Positions 25,258 through 38,400 of a DNA stretch of 64,000 nucleotides are shown one piece after another. Position 1 is the stretch's first letter. Every line of letters starts with the position of its first letter. The stretch covers positions 40,114,001-40,178,000 of the forward strand of contig OZ024748.1 in assembly GCA_964016885.1 (NCBI GenBank), written 5' to 3'. This DNA comes from Eledone cirrhosa (lineage: Eukaryota). The position numbers and the translations under genes are program-made. Below the pieces are notes generated by a model. It was given only the letters and a program-made list of their open reading frames with translations, ran no database searches and was not told the origin of the DNA.

Positions 25258-25664
25258 TAAGACAAAATACAGGTCTGTACCAGCAAGACATGGTCTCCTG
25301 ACCCAAGTTATCTCATAACGCAACAAGCCATCTAACATCCAACACATGCATGTGTGGAAAATGGACCTTAAATGATGATGATTGTAATGATGACACACAC
25401 AGACACACAATTTAACATCTGTCTTATGAAAACATGTTAAAGGGTTAGTATGCAATCACTTTGATGTCTTTGAAATGCACAAAACAGGATTATATAATTT
25501 TGTTATTAAAATAATATATGTTATTTCTCTGAGGAACTGGAATCATATGATTCCAGTTCCTCTAAGAGAAATAACAACCCAACCAGGAACTGGGCATATC
25601 GGAGTATTGACAGAGTTAAACACCTCAACAACATGTGTACCCGTCTCTACCACACCAATTCGGT

Positions 25665-25717
25665 CTGCCTGAAGAGGTCACAGCCAAAGATGGCTGTCAC
25701 CAAAATATATATAGCAG
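25665..25717 (+). ncRNA. Inactivated hammerhead motif (GAAA changed to AAAA), same family as 6574-6629
   Basis: CTGC CTGAAGA GGTCACAGCCA-AAGA-TGGCTGTCACC AAAA TATATATA GCAG. It lies between inverted repeats 25434-25498 and 25824-25888. Confidence 0.6.
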
Positions 25718-25965
25718 TACACCGTTAATAAACGAAGCCAAATTTTAAATATTTGACTAATTTATTTTGTTTATATATATATATTACAAAGAAGAGAGAC
25801 GGTTTTATGTATACATCCTGTTTATTATATAATCCTGTTTTGTGCATTTCAAAGACATCAAAGTCATTGCATAATAACCCTTTAACATATATATATATAT
25901 ATAGATATATATATATAGATATATATATATAGATATATATATAATGAACCAGTTGTCCAAGGGAG

Positions 25966-26083
25966 TTAATTTATTTCAGGTAAGATATCATAGTTAGTTT
26001 GGACCAAGCCGTTACTATCAAACATGTGATCAAAATCATATTCATAGTTGGGAGAAAAGTCTTCTAAATTCAGATCCGCAATG
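25966..26083 (-). CDS. STAT: STAT5-like transcription factor, terminal coding exon (acidic C-terminus, stop TAA)
   Basis: Acceptor TTTTCAG, phase 2. Reads HIADLNLEDFSPNYEYDFDHMFDSNGLVQTNYDILPEIN*. Confidence 0.65.
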
Positions 26084-26469
26084 CTGAAAAGTATGGAAGG
26101 AAAACACAGAAAAAAGACAAATCAATGTTTATGAAGGAACAAGAAAATAAGAGAGACAAGTTAAAACAATTATATTTCAAAGACTCAATGTATAGTCATG
26201 ACACAAGTATTATAACGGGGAATTGGTAGACACATTAACTCTTAACGCCTGTTTTACATGAAACCACATTAGTAAGACACTCTTGAAAAGTTCAAAACAA
26301 GACTATGACTGCATCATATTAAGTATTCAAATCTTTAGTTTACAGCAAATTTTCACAACAGTGTGTCCAATTGTAAAGACACTATAAACGTTAGAATAAA
26401 CAAACCAGTCTTTAGATATTTTCTATTGAAGAATTGCAAGATGTTAAGAGTTCAATGTCAGCTTAATTC

Positions 26470-28570
26470 ATTACCATATTTCTCACAAAAGACACTGTAT
26501 GTCATTAACCCTTTCATTGCCATATTTCTAATGAAAGACAAAGTCTATGTCATTAACCCTTTCATTACCATATTTCTAATGAAAGACACTGTCTATGTCA
26601 TTAACCCTTTCATTACCATATTTCTAATGAAAGACAGTCTATGTCATTAACCCTTTCATTACCATATTTCTAATGAAAGACACTGTCTATGTCATTAACC
26701 CTTTCATTACCATATTTCTAATGAAAGACAGTCTATGTCATTAACCCTTTCATTACCATATTTCTAATGAAAGACACTGTCTATATCATTAACCCTTTCA
26801 TTACCATATTTCTAATGAAAGACACTGTCTATGCAATTAACCCTTTCATTAACATATTTCTCACAAAAGACACTGTCTATTTCATTAACCCTTTCATTAC
26901 CATATTTCTAATGAAAGACATTGTCTATGTCAATAACACATTCATTACCATATTTCTAATGAAAGACACTGCCTATGTCATTAACACTTTCATTACCATA
27001 TTTCTAATGTAAGACACTGTCTGTCATTAACCCTGTCATTACTATATTTCTAATGAAAGACACTGCCTATGTCATTAACCCTTTCATTAACATATTTCTA
27101 ATGAAAGACACTGTCTATGTCATTAACCCTTTATTATCATATTTCTAATGAAAGACACTGTCTATGTCATTAACTCTTTCATTACCATATTTCTAATGAA
27201 AGACACTGTCTATGTCATTAACCCTGTCATTACCATATTTCTAATGAAAGACACTGCCGTTGTCATTAACCCTTTCATTACCATATTTCTAATGAAAGAC
27301 ACTGTCTATGTCATTAACCCTTTCATTACCATATTTCTAATGAAAGACAGTCTATGTCATTAACCCTTTCATTACCATATTTCTAATGAAAGACACTGTC
27401 TATGTCATTAACCCTTTCATTACCATATTTCTAATGAAAGACAGTCTATGTCATTAACCCTTTCATTACCATATTTCTAATGAAAGACACTGTCTATATC
27501 ATTAACCCTTTCATTACCATATTTCTAATGAAAGACACTGTCTATGCAATTAACTCTTTCATTAACATATTTCTCACAAAAGACACTGTCTATTTCATTA
27601 ACCCTTTCATTACCATATTTCTAATGAAAGACATTGTCTATGTCAATAACACATTCATTACCATATTTCTAATGAAAGACACTGCCTATGTCATTAACAC
27701 TTTCATTACCATATTTCTAATGTAAGACACTGTCTGTCATTAACCCTGTCATTACTATATTTCTAATGAAAGACACTGCCTATGTCATTAACCCTTTCAT
27801 TACCATATTTCTAATGAAAGACACTGTCTATGTCATTAACCCTTTCATTACCATATTTCTAATGAAAGACACTGTCTATGTCATTAACTCTTTCATTACC
27901 ATATTTCTAATGAAAGACACTGTCTATGTCATTAACCCTGTCATTACCATATTTCTAATGAAAGACACTGCCGTTGTCATTAACCCTTTCATTACCATAT
28001 TTCTAATGAAAGACACTGTCTATGTCATTAACCCTTTCATTACCATATTTCTAATGAAAGACACTGACTATGTCATTAACCCTTTCATTACCATATTTCT
28101 AATGAAAGACACTGACTATGTCATTAACCCTTTCATTACCATATTTCTAATGAAAGACACTGTCTATGTCATTAACCCTTTCATTACCATATTTCTAATG
28201 AAAGACACTGACTATGTCATTAACCCTTTCATTACCATATTTCTAATGAAAGACACTGACTATGTCATTAACCCTTTCATTACCATATTTCTAATGAAAG
28301 ACACTGTCTATGTCATTAACCCTTTATTATCATATTTCTAATGAAAGACACTGTCTATGTCATTAACCCTTTATTATCATATTTCTAATGAAAGACACTG
28401 TCTATGTCATTAACTCTTTCATTACCATATTTCTAATGAAAGACACTGTCTATGTCATTAACCCTGTCATTACCATATTTCTAATGAAAGACACTGCCAA
28501 TGTCATTAACCCTGTCATTACTATATTTCTAATGAAAGACACTGTCTATGTCATTAACCCTTTCATTACC
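26470..28570. repeat. 48-bp intronic minisatellite (about 43 units) with a higher-order duplication of about 713 bp
   Basis: Unit AAAGACACTGTCTATGTCATTAACCCTTTCATTACCATATTTCTAATG. A variant block at 26767 recurs at 27480. Confidence 0.95.
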
Positions 28571-28944
28571 AAATATACCAATAATAATAATCTATACTAT
28601 AAAAGAGAAGCTGTTTGTCCGTCACAACATATAGGTAGAAGTGAAATGAGAAGAAGTGGATTGTTGTTGTTAAGAGAGAGAGAGAGAGGCAGAGAGAAAG
28701 GGTATGTGAAATAAAGATAAATAGTTTAAAGTGTAATTCAAGGATTATGATGAGAATAAATTAACATATTTCAATATCTTTCTTTAGGAAATATTTTCTC
28801 TCGCGTTTATTTGCTTAATAATATTCAAAGTGTTATTAAAGTTCAGCAAGAAAGTCAATCTATTATTTGAACAATTCATAAATGTAAGTACATGATGATT
28901 AACAAATACTTTTACTGGCAGTGTAGCAACAATATAATAATAAC

Positions 28945-29090
28945 AGCAATTTTGGAGGAGGGGAAAGTTGACTAAATCTACCCCAGTGTGTTACTGGTAC
29001 TTTATTTTATCGACCCTGTAAGGATGAAAGGCAAAGCTAACCTTGGCAGGATTTGAACTCAGAACATAAAGGGCCGTAACTCTATGTCGC
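28945..29090 (-). mobile_element. Family A SINE copy
   Basis: Reverse complement of the consensus. Confidence 0.75.
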
Positions 29091-29107
29091 GAATACTTAT
29101 ATACATA

Positions 29108-29140
<33 letters not shown>

Positions 29141-29154
29141 TACGTAGTACTTAC

Positions 29155-29220
29155 TGTGGCATAGGGCTATCTTCACACTCCATTCTATCAGTGTCATTCT
29201 GATAAATGTTTTCGTCCATT
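29155..29220 (-). CDS. STAT: STAT5-like exon (GMDENIYQNDTDRMECEDSPMP)
   Basis: AG acceptor and GTAAGT donor. Phase 2-2 is consistent with the neighbouring exons. Confidence 0.7.
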
Positions 29221-29704
29221 CTAAATTGTGAGATAAAGCATCGAGATTAGATTCAAGTTACTATAGGAAGAATTAAACTGTCTAAAAGTTGCTTCAAATG
29301 TATTGAAACTACCTTGGTCAGAAAATAACGCACAACATATATAGAAATAATTCTTTTACTGATTCCAGTAACTGCAGCCATGAAATATACTTAATCATAT
29401 CAACTCCAGTACTAATCTTTAGTCAACCATAACACCAATCTATACAATTAGAAATATACCCATTTGAAACTTGTCCCAATTTACCTGTCACACCCTGTGT
29501 GTGTAGAGAGAGAGAAATTCTGTATATGTGTTTACTCATCTCTTAATGAGCAAAGAGAGATCGATAAAATATGTTACTTGACTTAAAACTAAGTACTGGG
29601 ATCAATATGATTGACTTAACATTTCTAGGTTGTGCCCCAGTATGACCAGTTTCATGGCCGAAAGCAAGAATATTGAAATAAGAAATAAAATACATTTTCC
29701 TTAC

Positions 29705-29768
29705 CCAGGTACGCTATCAATAAGGGTATTTGGTACATAGCCATGCAGCATCATCTGTCCATTGTCCT
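29705..29768 (-). CDS. STAT: STAT5-like exon with the phosphotyrosine motif (HGYVP)
   Basis: EDNGQMMLHGYVPNTLIDSVPG. TTCTTCAG acceptor and GTAAGG donor. GYV matches STAT5 DGYVKP. Confidence 0.85.
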
Positions 29769-29859
29769 CTGAAGAAACACAAGAAAAAAAAATTAATTAA
29801 TGAAGAATTTTGAGTTATTTACTAAAATTATTAATTATTTCATTACTAAGACAGTAACG

Positions 29860-30515
29860 TAACCCTTTCATGGCCACATTTCTAATGAAATACACTATTT
29901 TAATTAACTAATGAAGTATTTCAAGTTATTTACTAAAATTATTAATTAGGCACATGGCTTAGTGGTTAGAGCATTGGCTTTGCAATCGAAAGGTTGTGAG
30001 TTCAATTCTCAGACCGGGTGATGTGTTGTTTCCTTGAGCAAGACACTTTATTTCACATTGCTCCAGTTTACTCAGCTGTAGAAATGAGATGATAGGACTG
30101 TGGTCCCTATCATTCCACTGTAAAGTGGACGTGGAGGCGACACGGCAAAAAAAAAGCACCCACCACTCACTGTAAATGAGGTTGGTGTTAGGAAGGGCAT
30201 CCAGCTGTAGAAATCAAGCCAGAATCAGTTCCTGTCCCACCCTTGCAAGCAGGGAAAAGTGGACGTAAAATGAAATGATGATGATGATTTCATTACTAAG
30301 ATAGTAACTTAATGTAAGGTTCTTATATAAAATTATGTTGGGAGATTTTAATTTAAATTGGAAACATTAAAAATGGGTTTTATTTTATAGAATCAGCAGC
30401 AGTTTTGGCCGTGACGAGGGTTAGTAACTAAAGGGTGGGAGTTGGTAACTAAAGGGTGGGGGTTGGTAACTAAAGGGTGATGGGGGTTGGTAACTAAAGG
30501 GTGACGGGAGTTGGT
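29860..30515. mobile_element. Degenerate MITE-like element (AACCCTTT...AAAGGGT ends) interrupted by a family B SINE (29950-30288)
   Basis: Left end TAACCCTTTCA...ATTTCTAATGAAATACACT. Right end GGTAACTAAAGGGT, repeated about 4 times at 30420-30515. Confidence 0.5.
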
Positions 30516-30774
30516 ATCAAAAGTGTTTACTTTACTCTATATATACTATTGTATTTTCACAGAAAAGGCTTTATCTCACATAATTATCTGACATCAAATC
30601 TTATGAGATTTTGATATTTATTTTGAAAACCTTAACTTCAGTATGAGTAGCCAGTCACGACCGGTTTGAACAGAAAGAGATGAGAGAATTCTGACCGGTC
30701 ATGGCCAGTCTAAATGCTAAAGGTTTAACCAATTTAATAATAAAAAAAACTTATAAAATACCAATCTTCATTAC

Positions 30775-30927
30775 CTTCTTCTTCAGTAGTCTTTGGAAAG
30801 GCATCACTTTTCACAGTGTCTGGATACAGGTATTTCAACATCTTCAAATCATGTATTCTTTTCTCCAATGACCGAATACTTAATTCCTTATGATCATATG
30901 GCTTCAAGTTCCAAACATGGGATTTTC
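30775..30927 (-). CDS. STAT: STAT5-like exon, C-terminal half of the SH2 domain
   Basis: GKSHVWNLKPYDHKELSIRSLEKRIHDLKMLKYLYPDTVKSDAFPK (compare STAT5 WNLKPF..FSIRSLADRL.DL..L.Y.FPD.PKD..F). Phase 1-1. Confidence 0.93.
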
Positions 30928-31308
30928 CTGATAATAATAATAATAATAATTGTTATACTTTGGTAGGGTCATGTTGCCAATAAAAACACATGCATCTGTT
31001 GGTTTCAATTAAATTTATTATAAATTTCTGGTTGGTTGGTTGGATAACCGGATGGTTGTTTATTTTTTGTCAAAGGAGGAGGTTACAGAATGTGTGACAA
31101 AAGAGCTTTGACAATATATAAACAACTATCTGGTTATCAAATGGAACAAAACCGTCTAACCCATGCTAGCATGGAAGATGGACGTTAAACGATGATGATA
31201 ATGATGATGATATATTGGTAAATCTAAAAGATGACTGGGCCTTAGATTGGAAAAAAATACAAAAGGCTTCGGAACATTATCCAAAAAATAGATGCAAAAT
31301 GTAGTTAC

Positions 31309-31442
31309 CACAATCCCGTTTGACCCAAGCAATGGTAATACCACCAAGTAAATTATCACTGAAACGTAGCAGGAATGTTCCATTTCGTTTGGGGTTTAAC
31401 ATTTGTTGAGCTTGATCTTTTGCAATGAAACCAGCAATCAGA
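31309..31442 (-). CDS. STAT: STAT5-like exon, SH2 core
   Basis: [40 protein letters not shown]. Canonical splice sites, phase 2-1. Confidence 0.95.
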
Positions 31443-31819
31443 CTGTGAAAGAAGAGAAAACAACGATGAGACTGTGAGAGGAAAGAGATAACAATGAAAT
31501 AAATACAGATAATAAGTGAAGTTATTAACTTATTTGATAAAAAAAAATTAAACAGGAAAGGGACTGAAATTGAAGAGAGAAGTTCCTTTCATGGAGATCA
31601 CAGCCCCGATATTACAGATATATGGTTAGAATGCTTGAGGAAAGAATCACTGGACAACCAGCAGGATACCCAGAGGTAGATCACGAGCAAGATGGTTGCG
31701 CTCAATTGGGCAACAAGACGGATCAATTGGACACAGTTGCTTCTGACATGACCCACTGGTAGGTGTGTTTCAGGCCTCTGCACCCACGACCCCCTCAGAA
31801 TGAAGTGAGAGGAGTACGA

Positions 31820-33997
31820 TATGAAACCTATGGTATTAGAGCTATAAGCAAAAGCACTATATGAAACCAGTAGTATTAGAGCTATAAGCAACAGCACTAT
31901 ATGAAACCTATAGTATTAGAGCTATAAGCAACAGAACTATATGAAACCACCAACGGTATTAGAGCTATAAGCAACAGCACTATATGAAACCTATGGTATT
32001 AGAGCTATAAACAACACTACTATATGAAACCAATGGTATTAAAGCTATAAACAACACTGCTAAATGAAACCTATGGTATTAGAGCTATAAGCAACAGCAC
32101 TATATGAAACCTATGGTATTAGAGCTATAAGCAACAGCACTATATGAAACATATGGTATTAGAGCTATATGCAACAGCACTATATGAAACATATGGTATT
32201 AGAGCTATATGCAACAGCACTATATGAAACCTATGGTATTAGAGCTATAAGCAACAGCACTATATGAAACATATGGTATTAGAGCTATATGCAACAGCAC
32301 TATATGAAACCTATAGTATTAGAGCTATAAGCAACAGCACTATATGAAACCTATGGTATTAAAGCCATAAACAACACTACTATATGAAACCTATGGTATT
32401 AGAGCTATAAGCAACATCACTATATGAAACCAATGGTATTAGAGCTATAAGCAACAGCACTAAATGAAACCTATGGTATTAGAACTATAAGCAACAGCAC
32501 TATATGAAACCTATGGTATTAGAGCTATAAGCAACACTACTATATGAAACCTATGGTATTAGAGCTATAAACAACACTACTATATGAAACCTATGGTATT
32601 AGAGCTATAAACAACACTACTATATGAAACCTATGGTATTAGAGCTATAAACAACACTACTATATGAAACATATGGTATTAGAGCTATAAGCAACAGCAC
32701 TATATGAAACCTATGGTATTAGAGCTATAAGCAACAGCATTATGTGAAACCAATGGTATTAGAGCTATAAGCAACAGCACTATATGAAACCTATGGTATT
32801 AGAGCTATAAAGAACACCACTATATGAAACCTATGGTATTAGAGCTATGAACAACAGCACTATATAAAACCTATAGTATTAGAGCTATAAGCAACAGCAC
32901 TATATGAAACCTATGGTATTAGAGCTATAAATAACACTACAATATGAAACCTATGGTATTAGAGATATAAACAACACTACTATATGAAACCTATGGTATT
33001 AGAGCTATAAGCAACAGCCCTGTATGAAACCTATGGTATTAGAGCTATAAGCAACAGCATTATATGAAACCAATGGTATTAGAGCTATAAGCAACAGCAC
33101 TATATGAAACCTATGGTATTAGAGCTATAAACAACAGCACTATATGAAACCTAAGGTATTAGAGCTATAAGCAACAGCACTATATGAAACCTAAGGTATT
33201 AGAGCTATAAGCAACAGCACTATATGAAACCTATGGTATTAGAGCTATAAACAACAGCACTATATGAAACCTAAGGTATTAGAGCTATAAGCAACAGCAC
33301 TATATGAAACCTATGGTATTAGAGTTATAAGCAACAGCACTATATGAAACTTATGGTATTAGAGCTATAAATAACACTACAATATGAAACCTATGGTATT
33401 AGAGATATAAAGAACACTACTATATGAAACCTATGGTATTAGAGCTTTAAGCACCAGCACTATATGAAACATATGGTATTAGAGCTATAAGCACCAGCAC
33501 TATATGAAACCTATGGTATTAGAGCTATAAGCAACAGCACTATACGAAACCTATGGTATTAGAGCTATAAGCAACAGAACTATATGAAACCTATGGTATT
33601 AGAGCTATAAATAACACTACAATATGAAACCTATGGTATTAGAGAAATAAACAACACTACTATATGAAACCTATGGTATTAGAGCTATAAGCAACAGCAT
33701 TATATGAAACCTATGGTATTAGAGCTATAAGCAACAGCACTATATGAAACCTATGGTATTAGAGCTATAAACAACAGCACTATATGAAACCTTTGGTATT
33801 AGAGCTATAAACAACAGCACTATATGAAACCTAAGGTATTAGAGCTATAAGCAACAGCACTATATGAAACCTATGGTATTAGAGCTATAAACAACAGCAC
33901 TATATGAAACCTAAGGTATTAGAGCTATAAGCAACAGCACTATATGAAACCTATGGTATTAGAGGTATAAGCAACAGCATTATATGAAACCTATGGT
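31820..33997. repeat. 40-bp intronic minisatellite (about 54 units)
   Basis: Unit TATATGAAACCTATGGTATTAGAGCTATAAGCAACAGCAC. It abuts the STAT splice donor at 33998-34003. Confidence 0.95.
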
Positions 33998-34003
33998 ACT
34001 TAC

Positions 34004-34098
34004 TTCTCCTTATAGAACTTCCCTAAATGATCTTTAGTCAGTTTCACAATGGCATAAAACCACTCCCAGAATGTAAAAGACTTGTCTTTCATATTTTC
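34004..34098 (-). CDS. STAT: STAT5-like exon, linker domain
   Basis: ENMKDKSFTFWEWFYAIVKLTKDHLGKFYKE. TTTTGTAG acceptor and GTAAGT donor. Confidence 0.93.
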
Positions 34099-34239
34099 CT
34101 ACAAAAAAATATATATCTATATAGCATGTGCATTTGTACATGTATACATAGATGTGTGTGTGTGTACATGTATACATACACATGTGTGTGTGTGTACAAA
34201 GTATACATATCAAAAGTATGTGTACAAACCAATTGGGGA

Positions 34240-34930
34240 TAGTGTACTGGGTGTATTTTATCATGACACCAACACTACCACTTTACAGAGTGTACTGGGT
34301 GTATCTTATGACACCAGTACTACCACTTTACAGAGTGTACTGGGTGTATTTTATCATGACACCAACACTACCACTTTATAGAGTGTACTGGGTGTATTTT
34401 ATCTTGACACCAACACTACCACTTTACAGAGTGTACTGGGTGTATATTATCATGATACCAACACTACCACTTTACAGAGTGTACTGGGTGTATTTTATCT
34501 TGACACCAACACTACCACCTTACAGAGTGTACTGGGTGTATTTTATCATGAGACCAACACTATCACCTTACAGAGTGAACTGGTGTATGTTATCTTGACA
34601 CCAACACTATCACTTTACAGAGTGTACTGGGTGTATTTTATCATGACACCAACACTACCACCTTACAGAGTGTACTGGGTGTATTTTATCTTGACACCAA
34701 CACTACCACTTTACAGAGTGTATTGGGTGTATTTTATCATGACACCAACACTACCACCTTACAGAGTGTACTGGTGTATTTTATCATGACACCAACACTA
34801 CCACTTTACAGAGTGTACTGGGTGTATTTTATCATGACACCAACACTACCACTTTACAGAGTGTACTGGGTGTATTTTATCATGACACCAACACTACCAC
34901 TTTACAGAGTGTACTGGGTGTATTTTATCA
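34240..34930. repeat. 48-bp intronic minisatellite (about 14 units)
   Basis: Unit AGTGTACTGGGTGTATTTTATCATGACACCAACACTACCACTTTACAG. It abuts the STAT donor at 34932-34937. Confidence 0.95.
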
Positions 34931-34937
34931 TACATAC

Positions 34938-34996
34938 CTTACAGAACTGACTCCAAGTGAGACTATGTCTGGAATAATCCTCATCAAGACTTCCCA
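34938..34996 (-). CDS. STAT: STAT5-like exon, linker domain
   Basis: LGSLDEDYSRHSLTWSQFCK (compare STAT5 SVSWSQFNRE). Phase 1-0, GTATGT donor. Confidence 0.88.
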
Positions 34997-35499
34997 CTTT
35001 GAAAAAAAAAAATGGTAAAGGCACAATTATGGACTGTCTAGATTTCTATGATGTGATGAGGGAGGGCAGTACTGGTTGTAGGAGGGGGATTGGTGGGAGA
35101 GGCGGGCAATTGGAGGAGTAATTTGGGGGGGGGGGGGTGGAGGGGGCTGTTGGGGGGGGGATTGGTGGGATGGGGGGGCAGAATTGGAAGGCGAGATGGG
35201 GAGAATTGATGGAGGAGTCGGTAATTGGTTATTATAGAATTAACAATAATGATATTTTTCCAGAAAGCCCAGGACTATTGGAACGGAGTGTAAAAAATTA
35301 TTCCCAGCCCAAAACCTGATTGGAATGCTTGTAACCTAGGGTAAAGTTAAGGTGACTGAAGAATTAGAACGAGTAATGGACTACGTTGAGAAAATAGAGG
35401 GCATTAAGATAAAAGATGAGAGTTAGTCAGATTGATTTATTAATTAACAGAACAGTATTGTGTTGTGGTAACAGTGATGACAGCCATCATATGAACCTG

Positions 35500-38400
35500 T
35501 CTGAAAAGCCACAGTCAAGGTATCTGTAAAAAGACACTGGGAACCACTGTAGACTAACAACACTGTCAACAAAAGCCACAGTCAAGATATCTGTAAAAAG
35601 CCACTGGGAACCACTGTAGACCAACAACACTGTCAACAAAAGTCTCAGTCAAGGTATCTGTAAAAAGACACTGGGAACCACTGTAGACTAACAACACTGT
35701 CAACAAAAGCCTTAGTCAAGATAACTGTAAAAAGACACTGGGAACCACTGTGGACTAACAACACTGTCAACAAAAGTCTCAGTCGAGCTATCTGTAAAAA
35801 GACACTGGGAACCACTGTAGACCAACAACACTGTCAACAAAAGTCTCAGTCAAGGTATCTGTAAAAAGACACTGGGAACCACTGTAGACTAACAACACTG
35901 TCAACAAAAGCCTTAGTCAAGATAACTGTAAAAAGACACTGGGAACCACTGTGGACTAACAACACTGTCAACAAAAGTCTCTGTCAAGCTATCTGTAAAA
36001 AGACACTGGGAACCACTGTAGACCAACAACACTGTCAACAAAAGTCTCAGTCAAGGTATCTGTAAAAAGACACTGGGAACCACTGTAGACCAACAACACT
36101 GTCAACAAAAGTCTCAGTCAAGGTATCTGTAAAAAGACACTGGGAACCACTGTAGACCAACAACACTGTCAACAAAAGTCTCAGTCAAGCTATCTGTAAA
36201 AAGACACTGGGAACCACTGTAGACCAACAACACTGTCAACAAAAGTCTCAGTCAAGGTATCTGTAAAAAGACACTGGGAACGACTGTGGACTAACAACAC
36301 TGTCAACAAAAGTCTCAGTCAAGCTATCTGTAAAAAGACACTGGGAACCACTGTGGACTAACAACACTGTCAAGGTATCTGTAAAAAGCCACTGGGAATC
36401 ACTGTAGACTAACAACACTGTCAACAAAAGTCTCAGTCAAGGTATCTGTAAAAAGAGACTGGGAACCACTGTAGACTAACAACACTGTCAACAAAAGTCT
36501 CAGTCAAGGTATCTGTAAAAAGAGACTGGGAACCACTGTAGACTAACAACACTGTCAACAAAAGTCTCAGTCAAGGTATCTGTAAAAAGACACTGGGAAC
36601 CACTGTGGACTAACAACACTGTCAACAAAAGTCTCAGTCAAGATATCTGTAAAAAGACACTGGGAACCACTGTAGACTAACAACACTGTCAACAAAAGCC
36701 TTAGTCAAGATAACTGTAAAAAGACACTGGGAACCACTGTAGACTAACAACACTGTCAACAAAAGCCTTAGTCAAGATAACTGTAAAAAGCCACTGGGAA
36801 CCACTGTGGACTAACAACACTGTCAACAAAAGTCTCAGTCAAGGTATCTGTAAAAAGACACTAGGAACCACTGTAGACTAACAACACTGTCAACAAAAGC
36901 CTTAGTCAAGATAACTGTAAAAAGACACTGGGAACCACTGTGGACTAACAACACTGTCAACAAAAGTCTCAGTCAAGCTATCTGTAAAAAGACACTGGGA
37001 ACCACTGTAGACCAACAACACTGTCAACAAAAGTCTCAGTCAAGGTATCTGTAAAAAGACACTGGGAACCACTGTAGACCAACAACAATGTCAACAAAAG
37101 TCTCAGTCAAGATATCTGTCAAAAGACACTGGGAACCACTGTAGACCAACAACACTGTCAACAAAAGACTCAGTCAAGGTATCTGTAAAAAGACACTGGG
37201 AACCACTGTGGACTAACAACACTGTCAACAAAAGTCTCAGTCAAGGTATCTGTAAAAAGCCACTGGGAATCACTGTAGACTAACAACACTGTCAACAAAA
37301 GTCTCAGTCAAGGTATCTGTAAAAAGAGACTGGGAACCACTGTAGACTAACAACAGTCAAGAAAAGTCTCAGTCAAGATATCTGTAAAAAGCCACTGGGA
37401 ACCACTGTAGACCAACAACAGTCAAGAAAAGTCTCAGTCAAGGTATCTGTAAAAAGAGACTGGGAACCACTGTAGACTAACAACACTGTCAACAAAAGTC
37501 TCATTTAAGATATCTGTAAAAAGACACTGGGAACCACTGTAGACCAACAACACTGTCAACAAAAGTCTCAGTCAAGGTATCTGTAAAAAGACACTGGGAA
37601 CCACTGTAGACTAACAACACTGTCAACAAAAGCCTCAGTCAAGATATCTGTATAAAGACACTGGGAACCACTGTAGACCAACAACACTGTCAACAAAAGT
37701 CTCAGTCAAGGTATCTGTAAAAAGACACTGGGAACCACTGTAGACCAACAACACTGTCAACAAAAGTCTCAGTCAAGATATCTGTAAAAAGACACTGGGA
37801 ACCACTGTAAACCAACAACACTGTCAACAAAAGTCTCAGTCAAGGTATCTGTAAAAAGCCACTGGGAACCACTGTAGACTAACAACGCTGTCAACAAAAG
37901 TCTCAGTCAAGATATCTGTAAAAAGACACTGGGAACCACTGTGGACTAACAACACTGTCAACAAAAGTCTCAGTCAAGATATCTGTAAAAAGACACTGGG
38001 AACCACTGTAGACTAACAACACTGTCAACAAAAGCCTTAGTCAAGATAACTGTAAAAAGACACTGGGAACCACTGTAGACTAACAACACTGTCAACAAAA
38101 GCCTTAGTCAAGATAACTGTAAAAAGACACTGGGAACCACTGTAGACTAACAACACTGTCAACAAAAGCCTTAGTCAAGATAACTGTAAAAAGACACTGG
38201 GAACCACTGTGGACTAACAACACTGTCAACAAAAGTCTCAGTCAAGGTATCTGTAAAAAGACACTGGGAACCACTGTAGACTAACAACACTGTCAACAAA
38301 AGCCTTAGTCAAGATAACTGTAAAAAGACACTGGGAACCACTGTGGACTAACAACACTGTCAACAAAAGTCTCAGTCAAGCTATCTGTAAAAAGACACTG

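Noticed and set aside
26363-28714. Repetitive MKDTVYVINPFITIFL ORFs (likewise the YRVYWVYF ORFs at 34152-34950)
   Set aside because: A 48-bp unit is a multiple of 3, so open frames arise by chance. They are frequently frameshifted and intronic.
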